From assembly GCF_006345805.1 (NCBI RefSeq), contig NC_043014.1, positions 48,608,001-48,672,000 of the forward strand: 64,000 bases of DNA, written 5' to 3'. A model generated the notes under the pieces. It was not told the origin of the DNA. It did no database searches and saw only the letters and a list, made by a program, of their open reading frames with translations. Source of the stretch: Octopus sinensis (Eukaryota). Shown one piece after another: positions 25,701 to 39,315 of the stretch. Position numbers and translations under genes: made by a program. How positions within the stretch are numbered: the first letter of the stretch is position 1; the number at the start of each line of letters is the position of its first letter.

Positions 25701-28486
25701 ACCACATGATATTTGTTGAACCTACACTAGCTGCATCTGTCCTTTTGACAGGTCCGTTTTTAGTCCTGCCGGGTCGTTAGCAACCCTCCTTACCAGGCTA
25801 GCTTAGCGAAAGTGTCAGTTTAGTAACCAATAACCTGACCGTGTGATACGTTGTACTGGATGCTATGTTACTGGTAGCAGCCATGAGAAACCTCATGAGT
25901 GACTTCTGTGTATGTGTGTATATGCACATGTGGAGGCTCAATAGCCCAGTGGTTAGGGCAGCTGACTTGCGGTCGTAGGACTGCAGTTTCAATTCTCAGA
26001 CCAGATGTAAGTGTTTATTGAACGAAAACACCTAAAGCTCTATGAAGCTTTGGCAGGGGGTGGTGGCGAACCCTGCTGTACTCTTTCACCACTACTTTCT
26101 CTCACTCTTTCTTCCTGTTTCTGTTGTACCTGTAATTTAAAGGACCAGCCTTGTCACATTCTGTGTCACGTTGAATCTCCCAGAGACCTACGTTAAGAGT
26201 ACATGTGTCTGTGGAGTGCTCAGCCACTTGCATGTTACTTTCACGAGCAGGCTGTTCCATTGATTGGATCAACTGGTTGTAATTATTCTACCCAGTATGT
26301 AATTCCCGATGAAAAATCTAATTTCTATTTCAAGAAGAGTTTTTCGTTTTTGTCTTTGGAATTAATTAGAATGTCTATTGGATCTGTACCAACCTGGATT
26401 ATGAATTAAGGATTGTCTACACCTACAATTTATACTTCATATATATATATGTATATGTTTGTTCCTTCTCGAACCACACCTGGCTCATAGGGCCAGTTTC
26501 CCATATAGATTCCCCACCTGGACGAGACGCCGGTCTGTTGCAGGTGAGCTGCAAGATGCAGGAGGAAAGAGTGAGAGAAAGTTATGGCAAAAGAGTCAGC
26601 AGAAGTTCATCACTACCTTCTGCCAGATCTGTGTGGAGCTTAGGTGTTTTGCTCATAAACACACACATTGCCTGGTCTGAGATTTGAACCCACGATCTCT
26701 CAACTGCGAGTCCACTGCTCTAACCACTAGGCCATGTGCCTCCACACACATGCAATGAGTTTCCTCACAGTTTCTGTCTACTGCAAAGCATTCGTTGGCC
26801 TGCGACTCTGGTAGAAGCCACTTGCCCAAGGTGCTGCACAGTGGGACTGAACCTACAACCACGTGGTTACAAAAGGAGCTTAGTAATTATTTAATTCATA
26901 AAACAAATGTTATTCACCAATTTCAAAGTAAGAAGTTATACATTTTGTTTTATGAATAATAAATTTTGTCTTTAAAACAACTTTTATTTCATTAAACGTT
27001 TTATAAAAATTAGGGTCATAGAGCTGTCTGCAGACTACATAAGCGAGGGTTTGGAGATTTCTCGAAAAATTGTATAAGGTAATGTTTCTCCATTGTAGGG
27101 AGCTGGGAAGTTTGAATAGGGGGCAGAGAAATTACCATGCTTGATAATATTGGAATGGTTTTAAAGTTTTCAAACTTGTTCAAAACTATGATGATGAAAA
27201 AAGAAGTATTATAGATGCAAAGTGTATTTTGTTTTCCCATTTAATAAATAAGCAGGCAAGCAAGGGTGAAGACAATACTTTCAAAAACTTCTATGATATT
27301 TATTAGTATTGGGGTAATTGTCATTTTAGAATTACTGATATAAAAGTTTGTCAAACTGACAAATATACTTTATTAGCGATGGAAGCAGTAGTGGTTATGC
27401 TTTTTAATTCTGTACATCTACACAAGAAGCTGCAGTATTCAAGGCGAACACGGCAGTTTTGTAGCTTTCTATAGTATGTCCACGCTTAGATTATGTTCTG
27501 GGTTCAAATTCCGCCGAGGTCGATTTTGCCTTTCATCCTTTCGGGGTCGATAAATTAAGTACCAGTTATGCACTGGGGTCGACTTAATCCGTATTTTCTG
27601 TCCTTGTTTGTCCCCTCTGTGGGTAGTAAAGAAATATATCACCGTGATCACCGTGACCGACCAGGCTATCAGATGTTGTTACATATCGCTGGTCACCATG
27701 CGTTTCGCATTGTTTTAGCCTTCAAATGACGCCACCCCGCTGGCTAAACGAGCAGGCCAACAGAAGAAAGAGTGAGAGAAAGTTGGGGCGAAAGAGTGCA
27801 GCAGGGATCGCCACCAACCCCTGCCGAAGCCTCGTGGAGCTTTAGGTGTTTTTCGCTCGATAAACACTCACAACGCCAAGTCTGGGAATCGAAACTGCAA
27901 TTCTACGACCGCGAGTCCGCTGCCCTAACCACTGGGCCATTGCGCCTCCATAGTAAAGAAATATATACAGAATGCTATTCTGACAAATATATATTTCTTT
28001 ACTGCTCACAAGGGGCTAAACATAGAGGGGACAAACAAGGACAGAGAAACGGATTAAGCCGATTCCATCGACTCCAGTGCGAAACTGGTACTTTATTTAT
28101 CGACTCCAAAAAAGGATGAAAGGCAAAGTCGGCCTCGGCGGAATTTTATTCTGACAAATATAATAATGATGGGTACAGATGCTTCACCGAGACAGAACTG
28201 AGTCAAGGGAGATAATCTAATTCCGAATTACCTCCCCTGATAGATTAAGCTTTCTTCCTCACAAACAAGCCAGGACAGGATTGTTGTGCGAGGTTGTTGT
28301 GTTTACCGAATCAATTCTCCCTTAGAAACACCCTGAAGCGACACTTGCCGTCTTAGCCGATAATCAGTCGACTCGCCTGAACAACCAACCAGCTTTATTT
28401 AATAACATTCGCGTCTCCACAACCTCTTATTTCCCAGCAAATTCTATTTATTCGACCCCAGAAACCCGTCATTGATACAAGAAAGC

Positions 28487-28606
28487 ATGGCTGACGTCAG
28501 TAGTGATTACATCGCCACAAATACTGCCTTCGCTTCGGATGGGAATAACTCGGCAAATGCTGCCACTTCTTCAGATCCAAAGAACGTACAGGATTTGACG
28601 AATTAC
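28487..28606 (+). CDS. HSBP1: Heat shock factor binding protein 1, exon 1: MADVSSDYIATNTAFASDGNNSANAATSSDPKNVQDLTNY
   Basis: agcATGg start. DPKNVQDLT matches the HSBP1 DPKTVQDLT motif. Donor TAC|gtaagt, phase 0. Confidence 0.93.
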
Positions 28607-31600
28607 GTAAGTATTACATACTTTTTTTTCCCTTCTCTTATCCATATAATAATGCTCCAATATCCACAAGAACCGACCAACTTTACTTTCAGTCTAGTTT
28701 CACCATCCACTTCACGCACCGACACACAATTAATTAATCTGATTAAGCCAAAGATGGAACCACTTCTCTATATGGTCTTTCTTGCTCTTTTATTATCCTT
28801 CCATTCACACCTACGAGGCTTTGTACCAATGCTAAATCGACTTCTTGCTATTCAACTACTCTATTATTTTATCAACCCCGGAAGGATAAAAAAGGGAAGT
28901 TCACCCTGTATGGGATTTGAACTCGGTACGTAAAGGATCGTAGCTAAACTACACAAAGCGTTTTCTCTGATACCTTCAGCGATTCTCGTATTGCAACCGA
29001 CTAGAAATAGATACCAAAACTCCCTGTAAATTGTAATAGGCACCGTTTTGGAAAAAGCTTACGTATAGGGTGACATAAAACTTAGATTATCTGAAAAAAA
29101 AGACGGTGTGGTCACGGCTGGAATGGCTGTGGTCGTCACAGGTCTGTATACTTCATCGGAGCTAACAACCTAGGGTCGAACCACAATAATATTTAAATAG
29201 TTAATTGGAAAGTTGAACTTCATGCAGTGAGCCAAAAAAAATTAATTAATTAACATTACGTCCGTACTTAATAGTAAACTCGTTAGTTTTGATAATTAAC
29301 ACTAACCTTTTAACTACTTTGCTTAGTACTTGGTACTTGGTTTCCATTTTTTAAAAACCTGTTTGTGGAATATTTTACTGAAAGTCATTTTGTCACCTTT
29401 GAAAGGACAAAACAAACGAAATTTGCTCATCTTGAGTCGAAGTTTACGAAGTCTAAAATGTTTATCAGTAATAACAGTTTCTGTCTTGTGTAATTCTTCA
29501 CTAAAACCTCTTCTACCATTTCTAAGCGCTTACTGGAATCAATGTCGACTACAAATAAACCATTTAAGGCGAGTCTTTGGCTTGTGTAACGTTTTTCAAA
29601 ATGAAAATAACTCTGGTTTAAAGATATTGTTTTAAAAACATGTCAACCTTACCTTCGAATAATCTATCATAGAAACCCTTAACAACCGAAAGATAAAACT
29701 CCGAGTCGGGAGTAACAACTGAAACATTCAGCTTTGAATAGTTATTGTTCCGGTATAGCTAAACAAACAATACGGAGGGAGTACTTGCTTTCGCTTAATT
29801 TTAACCCACGCCAAGGAAAAATTACCATATATATATATATAAAGATTAATCAGCCGAAATTGCTAGGATGATCCGGTTCTTGACTGAAGATTGAAGGCTT
29901 CGATTGTCCCGTCCGTGTTTTTTGTATCGTCTTCTAAATGTTTTACGTTCTTGTCCCAGTTTGTATTTTTTTACATACATACATACATATATATATATAT
30001 ACGTTCAGCAAAAATTTAGATTCAAATGAATATGGTACTTAATTTAGATGCACCAGAATTTTGTATGGTGTTATCCATAAAAATCCGTTGGGTGATTATA
30101 ATCAAAATAAGCAACAAGAATGACTCCCGTAATCATTCTTGTTGCTTATTTTGAGTATATATATATATATATATGTGTGTGTGTATGTATGTATGCCTAT
30201 ATGTGTGTGAATGTTTTTATCTTAAGTGAAAATGAAATCAACTTTACATTAATCTGAGGGGTTACTGTATACTTTTGTAGAGTATAAGTTTATTTTTTGA
30301 ACGAGAATATTGTTCACACTGGCTCCGAAGTTTCGGCCAGCTAAACAGTCCCACAATGGCCTTAATTGGTCGAAACTTCGAAGTCACTATCAATATTCCT
30401 GCTTAAGAATGTGTGGGTGCATACACACATGCAATATGGTCAAGTTGGGACACCCCATTCAAAAATTTTAGTCACATCATCGCCTTCACTTCCACAGTCT
30501 ATTACAGATAGACGTTTTCCTCTTATTATTTGCAACGAACTGTAATTTTATATTTTACAGATAATCTTGTGATTTGTTCCGATCTTTCCTTGTCCTCACT
30601 GCATTTATTTTCTCTCTAATTTCTCACAAACAAAATCCTGTCACTTAGTCTCACCCCACCCCGTCTCTAGTAGGTTAGAACTGAATAATGGACAGTTGTA
30701 GACAAAAGCTTTGTATATTCCTGTAAAGCAGCAAAAATGTAGGCGCAGGAGTGGCTGTGTGGTAAGTAGCTTGTTTACCAACCACATGGTTCCGGGTTCA
30801 GTCCCACTGCGTGGCACCTTGGGCAAGTGTCTTCTACTATAGCCTCGGGCCGACCAAAGCCTTGTGAGTGGATTTGGTAGACGGAAACTGAAAGAAGCCC
30901 GTCGTATATATGTATACATATATATGTGTTTGCTTGACAACCAATGCTGGTGTGTTTATGTCCCGGCAAATGAGACTGGGCTTACAAAAGAATAAGTCGA
31001 GTTGCTAGATTAAAGGTGGTGCTCCAGCATGGCCACAGTCAAATGACTGAAACGAGTAAAGAGTATGTGAATGGAATTATGGAAGTCGTTAATCTGCTAT
31101 TTAACTGATATTATTTAAAATTCTGTCCAAGTCAACTTTATTTCTCATCTCACCTCAGATTCAAAGTACCATTGGAATCAACTAAACATTCTCCCTCCTA
31201 ACTGCATAGCCTTATATGTAATGTAAGAAGTTGCTATTGTAATCATCATCATCATCATCATCGTCATCTGACATCCATTTTCCATGCTGGCATGGGTTGG
31301 ATGATTTGACAGGAGCTGGCAAGCCAGAGAGCTGCACCAAGCTCCAGTTGTCTGTTTCAGCATGGTTTTTACAGCTGGATGCAATTCCTAACGCCAACCA
31401 CTTTACAGAGTGGTGGGTGCCTTTTATGTGGAGCCAGCATGAGTGCTTTTTGCTTGGCACCAAAACGGGTGCTTATTATGTGGTACCAGCACTTAGTCTG
31501 AGGGTAGAGGTCAGGTTACAGTACCCAGCAAATTTTTTTTAGTAGTCCCTATCTCCAAACTAGGATATCTAGACACTTTGGTACACAGTTAAAGTGTTTA

Positions 31601-32668
31601 GGCTAGGTGCTGAATTACTTTGCTCCCACAGGAAGAGTTACTTGTGGATAGACTGGTATCCTATCCATTGAGAGATAACACTGTATGACCCAGAGGTAAG
31701 TGTCGGTTCATTGAACTGTGGAAATCTGTGAAACAACCGTGACTACTTAGACGGTAGTGATGTTGGATCTTCTGTTGGTTTTGACAATCAACATTTAGTT
31801 ATTAATTAACATACAAGTGGCTGAGTACCCCTAATATAATTTCCAGGTAGAGTCGATGGGTTAAACTATGTGATGAGGCCTGACTTTTGAATATTACCTG
31901 TACAGGCCATTCAGTAGTCTTTCAGTGCCACTTACAAGGTTTGGGTCACCTTGAGACTGTGATTAAAAACACTCATCCAAAATGCCACAGTTATGTCAGG
32001 TGAATATAATGAAGAAGAGACAGCCTAGACTGCAACTAAAATCCCAGAGTTTCAATATCAAGTTTATCTAATTATAGACAGTGGCTAATTCCTGTAATAA
32101 ACATTAAATCTTTCCAAAATTAACCTCAAATATTTTATTCTGACCCCTATACATATTTTCAGATTAATTTTAATTGCTTCTCATTTAGTTTTTATCTCTA
32201 CTCATCAAACCTTTACATCATAGAACAATGGATGAAATATCTCAACAAATAAAGAATTTTTTAAAAATTCTTCTATAAATTCCCTGAATTTTGATTCCAG
32301 ATGCAAATAATTAAGACTATAACAAAGCAGGTTCCATTCAAGTACTATAATGGTTTATATTTTTCTCTTTTATATAATTGCCCCTTTTTTTGAGTTATTT
32401 TGATTCCGTGGTGCTACAACAGAATGTAAAGAATTTCAGAGAAAAAGAATTGTCTGTGTAATAATAACCATTGTTCTGGCAATTATTTCACATCCCACAA
32501 ACCAAATATTGCGTGTGTGTGTATGTGTATATTGACATAGGATGGTGTTGTTGTAACATGACATATGGTGTGAATTGGGCACTTTTTATCAGATGTCACG
32601 GAGGCCATCCTTCTCCAGCTAATTTCCTAATATATATATATCAAAATAAGCAACAAGAATGACTCCGG

Positions 32669-32761
32669 TAATTTGGTACGATCGTTTCGTACTACATCAT
32701 TTTATTAAATGTTGTAAGTATTACAACAGTTTTAAAATGCTGAGCACTCATCAGCCAATTA
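32669..32761 (-). ncRNA. Minimal type I hammerhead ribozyme (Penelope-like-element type), canonical core
   Basis: Minus strand reads TAATTGG-CTGATGA-GTGCT[long hairpin incl. TGTTGTAA/TTACAACA]AGTAC-GAAA-CGATCG-TA^CCAAATTA. All core nucleotides and three helices are present. Confidence 0.8.
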
Positions 32762-33282
32762 TAGAGGTTTTCCATTAATACAAAAATTTTCATATATATA
32801 TATATATCATCACCACCACCACCATTGTTTTAAATATTCAGTTTTCCATGTCTTCACTGGTCAGACAAAATTTGTTGAAGCAGATTTTCTGTGGCCAGAT
32901 GCCATTTCTGTCTTCAACACTCACCTGTTTCTAAGTAAGGTAACATTTCCTTTAGTCCTTTCACCGCAACCAGTATAACAGCTGGACATGTATTCACAGG
33001 AGATTGCAAACAAGCATCATCATTTGTGTGTCAAAGATGGTTGCTTACAATTAGTGCATGACGTCTAGGAAAGAGAAACGTGAAACCTGAACACACTCAT
33101 TCACACACACATCATCGTTATCATCATCATTTAGTCTCTGTTTTCTGTGCTGGCATGGGTTAGACAGTTTGACTGGAACTAGTAAACAGAGAGCAGCACC
33201 AGGCTCCACTCTGATTTGGCATGGTTTCTACGGCTGGGCGCCCTTTGTAATGCCAAACTCACTTATGCTCTGTCAGTGAGTA

Positions 33283-33795
33283 CCGTAAATCCTCGTGTAT
33301 AATCCGTATTTTTTTCCAAAAATTTAAAGGTCAAAATCCCTCATGCGTACTATATACGAGGTTAAAAATGAAAATTATTTTCTAAGCAATGTCCAAGTCT
33401 CCAATTGATGTCTGGCAATGTTTATTCAGACGCATTTTGTGATGTCAGGCATGAAAATACCCTAAGCTAAACCTGAAAGCAATGAAGTCATAAAAGAATC
33501 ATCCATAACTTGCAGTAAGCAACATTTATTAAACATTATTCCTGTTATTTCGTTATTTTCTGCAAACAAAATGCACAAAAAAAGCTACACGTTTGCATTA
33601 TGTTATATATACAATAATAATAAAGGATGTTATCGTATACATTTTACTAACCAAGGATGTTATATAGACCTCCTTGACTCAAGTTAGAGAAGGGGTTGCA
33701 TATTATACACAAGGTTTAGGTTTTTCAAAGGGACAGCCCCCTAAAAATCCCCTGCGTATTATACTCAAGGGTGGACTATACTCGAGGATTTACGG
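33283..33795. mobile_element. Tc1/mariner-superfamily (pogo/Tc2-like) MITE
   Basis: TA target duplication. TIRs CCGTAAATCCTCG / CGAGGATTTACGG with subterminal repeats. Confidence 0.85.
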
Positions 33796-34308
33796 TAATC
33801 ATATGTTTTAAATGCTTCATAAAACGCTATGCTACCCTTGCAATCATATACTTACATCTATGGTGATGAGGTCTCCAGGTGGCACCACCTGTATACGTAT
33901 CTTTTTCAGAGACACAGTGGCCAAATGATTCACATTGCACAGCTGGAGCAGAAAGTGCGAGTTCAAATTTAGTCCTGGGTGTTTCGTATTTTGTTGTTTC
34001 TGTATTTCCAGTTGTTTAGGAATGATACATCAAGATTTTCTCTGTGGGCAAAGTACTCTCCCTCTTTCATTCTCTCCCATCCACAACACCTTGCTACCTG
34101 CACCTTGATTACCAAGGACATACATCTAAGCAATACATAAGATACGTATTGAAATATAAAATTAAAATAATGTTTACACCATGGGAGTACCTTCTGGGTA
34201 TGCTGCAGAAGTTCCTCACACTCACCAAAGATGGTAAATTTTCTCTGCCATATTTCTCTTCTTGCTGGAATATGATATAATCTGGCCATAATTTCTTTTC
34301 AAGTCTTA

Positions 34309-34595
34309 TCTATAATATAAATTGGACATGGGTGATCGTTGTATTCTTTCTTGTCTTGAGGTTCACAGCCAAACGGCTGGGTGGATTTGTGTGAAAACTG
34401 GCACACATGTGGAGACGGGTGCATAGATTGGAATGTGGTTTGTACTTTTTTCCTAGCCCCCATAGTTACCGAGAAAATTGATTCAGGGACCTGAAATGAT
34501 AAGGTTGAGAAACACTGTTACAGATTATGCCCAACCGAAAACAATCACAGCCACATCATCCAAACAGACTGGGTGAAACCGGGCTTAGCTGCTAG
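34309..34595 (+). mobile_element. Non-autonomous Helitron-like element (diverged)
   Basis: A|TCTATAATATAA start and GC-rich subterminal hairpin remnant before GCTAG|T. Confidence 0.6.
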
Positions 34596-35470
34596 TAATA
34601 TATACTTATAAACAAGAGTAAGTCAGAGTGATGTTGTATTCTGTATAGAAATAGCCATAAATTTGTTATACTTAGAGCACAATAGTAGTTGCAGTAGAAG
34701 TAGTTGGTAGCACATGGTAACACACCCTGTGACATTAACCCTTTTAATACTAATCCACCCACCCATCCACCCAAGACTGGTCCTAGATCTATAATACAAA
34801 TTTTCTCAAAATTTTATCTCAATTTATGTTCTAAACATCTGGTACTTAAATTATCCATATCTAGCCCAAATATTCTACCTGTTCTATCTTCAGGCTGGCC
34901 TGATCCAGCCTCTCGCACCTACCCTACAATGTCATTCTAAAAGTAAACAGTCGTAACTTTGAAATCTGAAAAGTACCAGATAATACAGGGTTAACTGTAA
35001 AGAGGATGAATAAACAAGCATTACATTTGAATTGAGTAAATAAATAACTAGAGAAACAAATAAATCTGCTTGATAACTTGGTTGTACCTGGCATTAGGGG
35101 AATAATTCCACTAAACAGAAGAGAGAACAAGATTCAATCACTGTAAAATAAATAGACCCAAAGATGAGACTGGGCCAGAGCCAGGCCTCCCTCAAAGGAA
35201 AGACAAAGTATGAATTGTATATGTTCATTTTAATAAACCTGCGAATAACTGTCCATTGATTGAATGTGGACTGGTTCAACTCGTACATGTTGGTGCAGGA
35301 GTAAAAACGATGTCTTTTTTTCTGCAGGTTCTTAACAACTGTGCACCCCGCCACACTCTCCCCAGGTACTGTCCTAATCAAAAGGCCTAATCCTTTCATC
35401 ACAGAATTCCAGCCTTCTACACCTTTCTTCCCATCATGTTTTTTTTTTTCCCATACAGGCACTGACTTGA

Positions 35471-36130
35471 CCCTTTAGCATTCAGATTATTCTGTCAAAC
35501 GTAAAGCTTATTTCTTCACATTGTTTTGAATTAATCATCCTTTATCTCATAGCTTTGAGATTTCAATGATGTGGTTGTTTATTCTTAGAACGACATAGTA
35601 GGGTAAGGTATGAGAGGCCAGATATGGCCATGGCCAGTTTAAATACTAAAAGGGGTTAACCCTTTCATTACCAGCCGGCTAAAACTGGCTCTGATGCTGT
35701 AGTACAAATGTCTTGTTTTCATAAGTTTTGAATTAAAACCTTCCACCAATCCTTAGTCACAATTTATCTTCCTAACACCTGCTTCATGATAACTAAGTTA
35801 TTTTACATAATTCTTTGTTATATTTAAAATAATTGAAAGAAACACAGAACATCTCAAAATAGATACGGTAATGAAAGGGTTAAAATATATAATAGAGAAA
35901 CAATTCTTAACCCTTTTGATACCAACCCAGCTGAAATCGCTTCTGGCTCTGTTGTACAAATGTCTTGTTTTCATAAGTTTTGAATTAAAACCTTCCACCA
36001 AACCTTAGTCACAGCTTATCTTCCTAACACTTGCTTCATGATAACTAAGATATTTTACTAAATTTTTGTTGCATCTAAAATAATTGAGAGAAACACAGAG
36101 CATCTCAAAATAAATACGGTAACAAAAGGG
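35471..36130. mobile_element. Cluster of three TTAA-specific piggyBac-like MITEs (35471-35655, 35660-35879, 35911-36130)
   Basis: Each has CCCTTT...AAAGGG ends at TTAA (or TTGA) sites. The last two are direct ~220-bp copies of one family. Confidence 0.85.
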
Positions 36131-36807
36131 TTAAAGTGGTTCAAACCAAACTTGCTCAGATTCTGGAAGGGCTTTTAAAAGTATTGGTCTGCCTAGCTTT
36201 TGGACAACATACAAAGATTATGGGCCCTGTTCCCTCCTCATCTAACCCATAAATGGAAAGAAAGAGTAAAAAGTTCTACTTAATTATTTGATAGTTTCCA
36301 TTAGGAAAACCAATCGAGTGTAAGAATGTCCTGTAAACGAAGCAACAGCTCTGTTTAACGAGCATGTTAATAAATAAATAAATAAATAAATGAATTCTCT
36401 ATTATTTGTGCTTCACCCCCCCTCGTTTACAATATAGATTTTAGAAGTGTTGTAAGCAGGAGCAGTTGTAAAGGACTCACTTTCCACTTGATTTACCGCT
36501 TAGAACAAGGGGGGAAGTCAATAATATATTAAGACCATTGTTGTGTGCCGGTGTCTAACATGGTCGATAAAACTTGTGGTTATAATCTTTGTTTTTTCAA
36601 TTGTGTTGTCTGAACATGTCCCTAGGTTGTGTGTGTCTGTGTATATGTGTGTATATATATACACAGATGCACACACATAAACATATATCCCATTGTAGTC
36701 ACTGCTTGCTGTGTGATCAATTGATTGATTTCCTTCTATCTCGCCTTCTCCTTTCTCTCTTCCCCCTCTCATAATTGTAGTCCTGCCTGAGCTTGTCTTC
36801 TGCTGTT

Positions 36808-36808
<1 letters not shown>

Positions 36809-36857
<49 letters not shown>

Positions 36858-36862
36858 GTATA

Positions 36863-36893
<31 letters not shown>

Positions 36894-37328
36894 ATATATG
36901 TGTGTGTGTGTATATATATGTATGTGTGTATATATATGTATGTATGTATATGTGTGTGTGTGTATATATATATGTATGTGTGTGTATATATATGTATGTA
37001 TGTATATGTGTGTGTGTGTATATATATGTATGTATGTATATGTGTGTGTGTGTATATATATGTATGTATATATATGTGTATATATGTATATATATTTATA
37101 TATATATGTATATGTGTGTGTGTGTATATATATGTATGTATATATATGTGTATATATGTATATATATTTATATATATATGTATATGTGTGTGTGTGTATA
37201 TATATGTATGTATATATATGTGTATATATGTATATATATTTATATATATATGTATATGTATGTATGTATATGTATGTATGTATATATATATATGTATGTA
37301 TATATATATATATGTATCATCATCATCA
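36809..37328. repeat. Compound (TA/TG)n microsatellite
   Basis: Direct inspection. Similar tracts at 6138-6350 and 11940-12503. Confidence 0.95.
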
Positions 37329-38055
37329 TTTATTTATTTCTGAGTGTTTGTGACAGAATGTTTTATGTTATTCAATATTCTGGTACTAGGGTGTTACCTG
37401 TCGCATGACAGGTTCGATTAGGAATATACTCAGCTGCTGTCAGCAATGTTGGGAATGTTATGTAATATGCAATAAATGTAGCTTCAGTTTTTTCACAAAA
37501 AGTGGTTGCTTACGCGATATAATGAAATGCATATTTATTTCTTTATACATATTTATATATCATGGTATTCCTGATATTGACCAGTGCTGTTGTTATACAT
37601 CGCTGGTCACAGTGCACTTCACATTGTTATAACTTTCAAATGATGCTGCTCTGCTGGTTGGGCGAGCAATTCAAGCCCCACTCTCAATCGGAAGTGCAGT
37701 GTTACCCATATTCAGCTGAGTGGACTGGAGCAACATAAAATGAAGTGTTTTGCTCAAGAACACAATGTGCTGCCTCATCCAGGAGTCGAACCCAAGATCT
37801 AGCAGTTGAGAGCGCAACACCCTAACTACTAGGCCATGTGCTTACACACACACACACACACACACGTATTTCAGCTGTAAATGGTTAACCTACAACGGAC
37901 TGGCATTCCATTCAGAGGGAATGTTGACCTGCCTGCCTAATGGACAGGGTGGTATCATTCATAAACTACAACGATGTGAGGAAGCGCATCGTGGCTAGTG
38001 ATATATAACAATATCCGACAGTCTGGTCAATATAGTGTTATATGTATGTATGCAT

Positions 38056-38352
38056 GGAGGTGCAATGGCCCAGTAGCTAGGGCAGCGGACTTGCGGTCGT
38101 AGGATCGCGGTTTCGATTCCCAGACTGGGTGTTGTGAGTGTTTATTGAGCGAAAACACCTAAAGCTCCACGAAGCTTCGGCAGGGGGTGGTGGTACTCTT
38201 TCACTACAACTTTCTCTCACGCTTTCTTCTGTTGGCCTGCTCGCTTAGCCAGCGGGGTGGCGTCATTTGAAGGCTAAAAACAATGCGAAGCGCATTGTGA
38301 CCAGCGATGTGTAGCAACATCTGAAAGCCTGGTCGGTCACGGTGGTCACGAT
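38056..38352 (+). mobile_element. tRNA-derived SINE, family C (GGAGGCGCAATGGCCCAGTGGTTAGGGCAGCGG head)
   Basis: tRNA-like head with B box GGTTTCGATTCCC. Relatives at approx. 1-235, 25931-26110, 26457-26743, 27640-27950, 51005-51150, 52660-52965. Confidence 0.85.
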
Positions 38353-38959
38353 GCATGTATGCATGAGGATTTAGAAATTTCTGGCTGTATATTGCTGGTG
38401 GAGAGATTGCTGCTATCTCTAGCTTTGGCATTTGCCATTGACAAGGCCAGGGAAGGCTGAAACCATATGACCTAGCAGTCCCAGAGGTGATAACAGATAA
38501 TTTTCTTCCTCTAGTTGAATAAACGTGAATGCTTATCTGCCTTACAAGTTCTTATGAGAGGTTCTCTAATGGTAATTAATGCAGTGTTTTGTGGTCTATC
38601 ACAACATCCACTTTTAAGATGGATCGAAGGGGGACCCCTTTCAGTCACGAATGACCATGGGATTGCACCTAGAAAGTTACCCTCCGAGGCACATGTCCGG
38701 GCAAGGTTGTTTGTGGAACACAAGCAGTCGCTCGTGCATACCAGCCACCCCTCCTCACACCACCGATGTTTTCCAAGGGAAAGGCAAAAGGGCCAATGCA
38801 GCTTGGCACCAGTGACGTCACAACTCATTTTTACAGCTTAGTGAACTGGAGCAACGTGAAATAAAGTGTCTTGCTCAAGAACACAACACACAGCCCGGTC
38901 TGGGATTCGAACTCACTACCTCATGGTCATAAGTTCGATGCTCTAACCACTGAGCCATG

Positions 38960-38992
<33 letters not shown>

Positions 38993-38999
<7 letters not shown>

Positions 39000-39123
39000 G
39001 CAGAGGCAATAGAGTGACTCGAGGGCCAAGAGTTTTGCATGTTGCCACTTTATCAAAAGTTTGATAAGTGCCAATGCACGAAGCTCTCAGCTCTTGAATC
39101 ACTCTTTTGCTTCTGCTAAATAT
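38993..39123. repeat. Palindromic MITE-like element in (TA)n
   Basis: ATATTTAGCAGAGGCAA...TTGCTTCTGCTAAATAT. A half copy lies at 11254-11315. Confidence 0.7.
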
Positions 39124-39267
39124 TAATAAAAATATATATGAACTCATATTTTAAATTCTACTTTTCTTGTGTGCACCACCAAATATATATGTATATATAT
39201 ATATATATATATATAAATTAAATTAGATAAAACCACTATTAGGCAACTCAAACAGTGATATGTGTAC

Positions 39268-39315
<48 letters not shown>

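Noticed and set aside
28607-28933. C-terminal part of the 153-aa ORF 28472-28933
   Set aside because: Read-through into HSBP1 intron 1 past a perfect GTAAGT donor.
29845-29900. GAAA...CTGAAGA permuted hammerhead candidate
   Set aside because: The required helices do not pair.
38056-38130. tRNA-like sequences (also 24500-24570, 25931-26000, 30740-30815 etc.)
   Set aside because: SINE heads that continue into SINE bodies; no complete cloverleaf with terminator.
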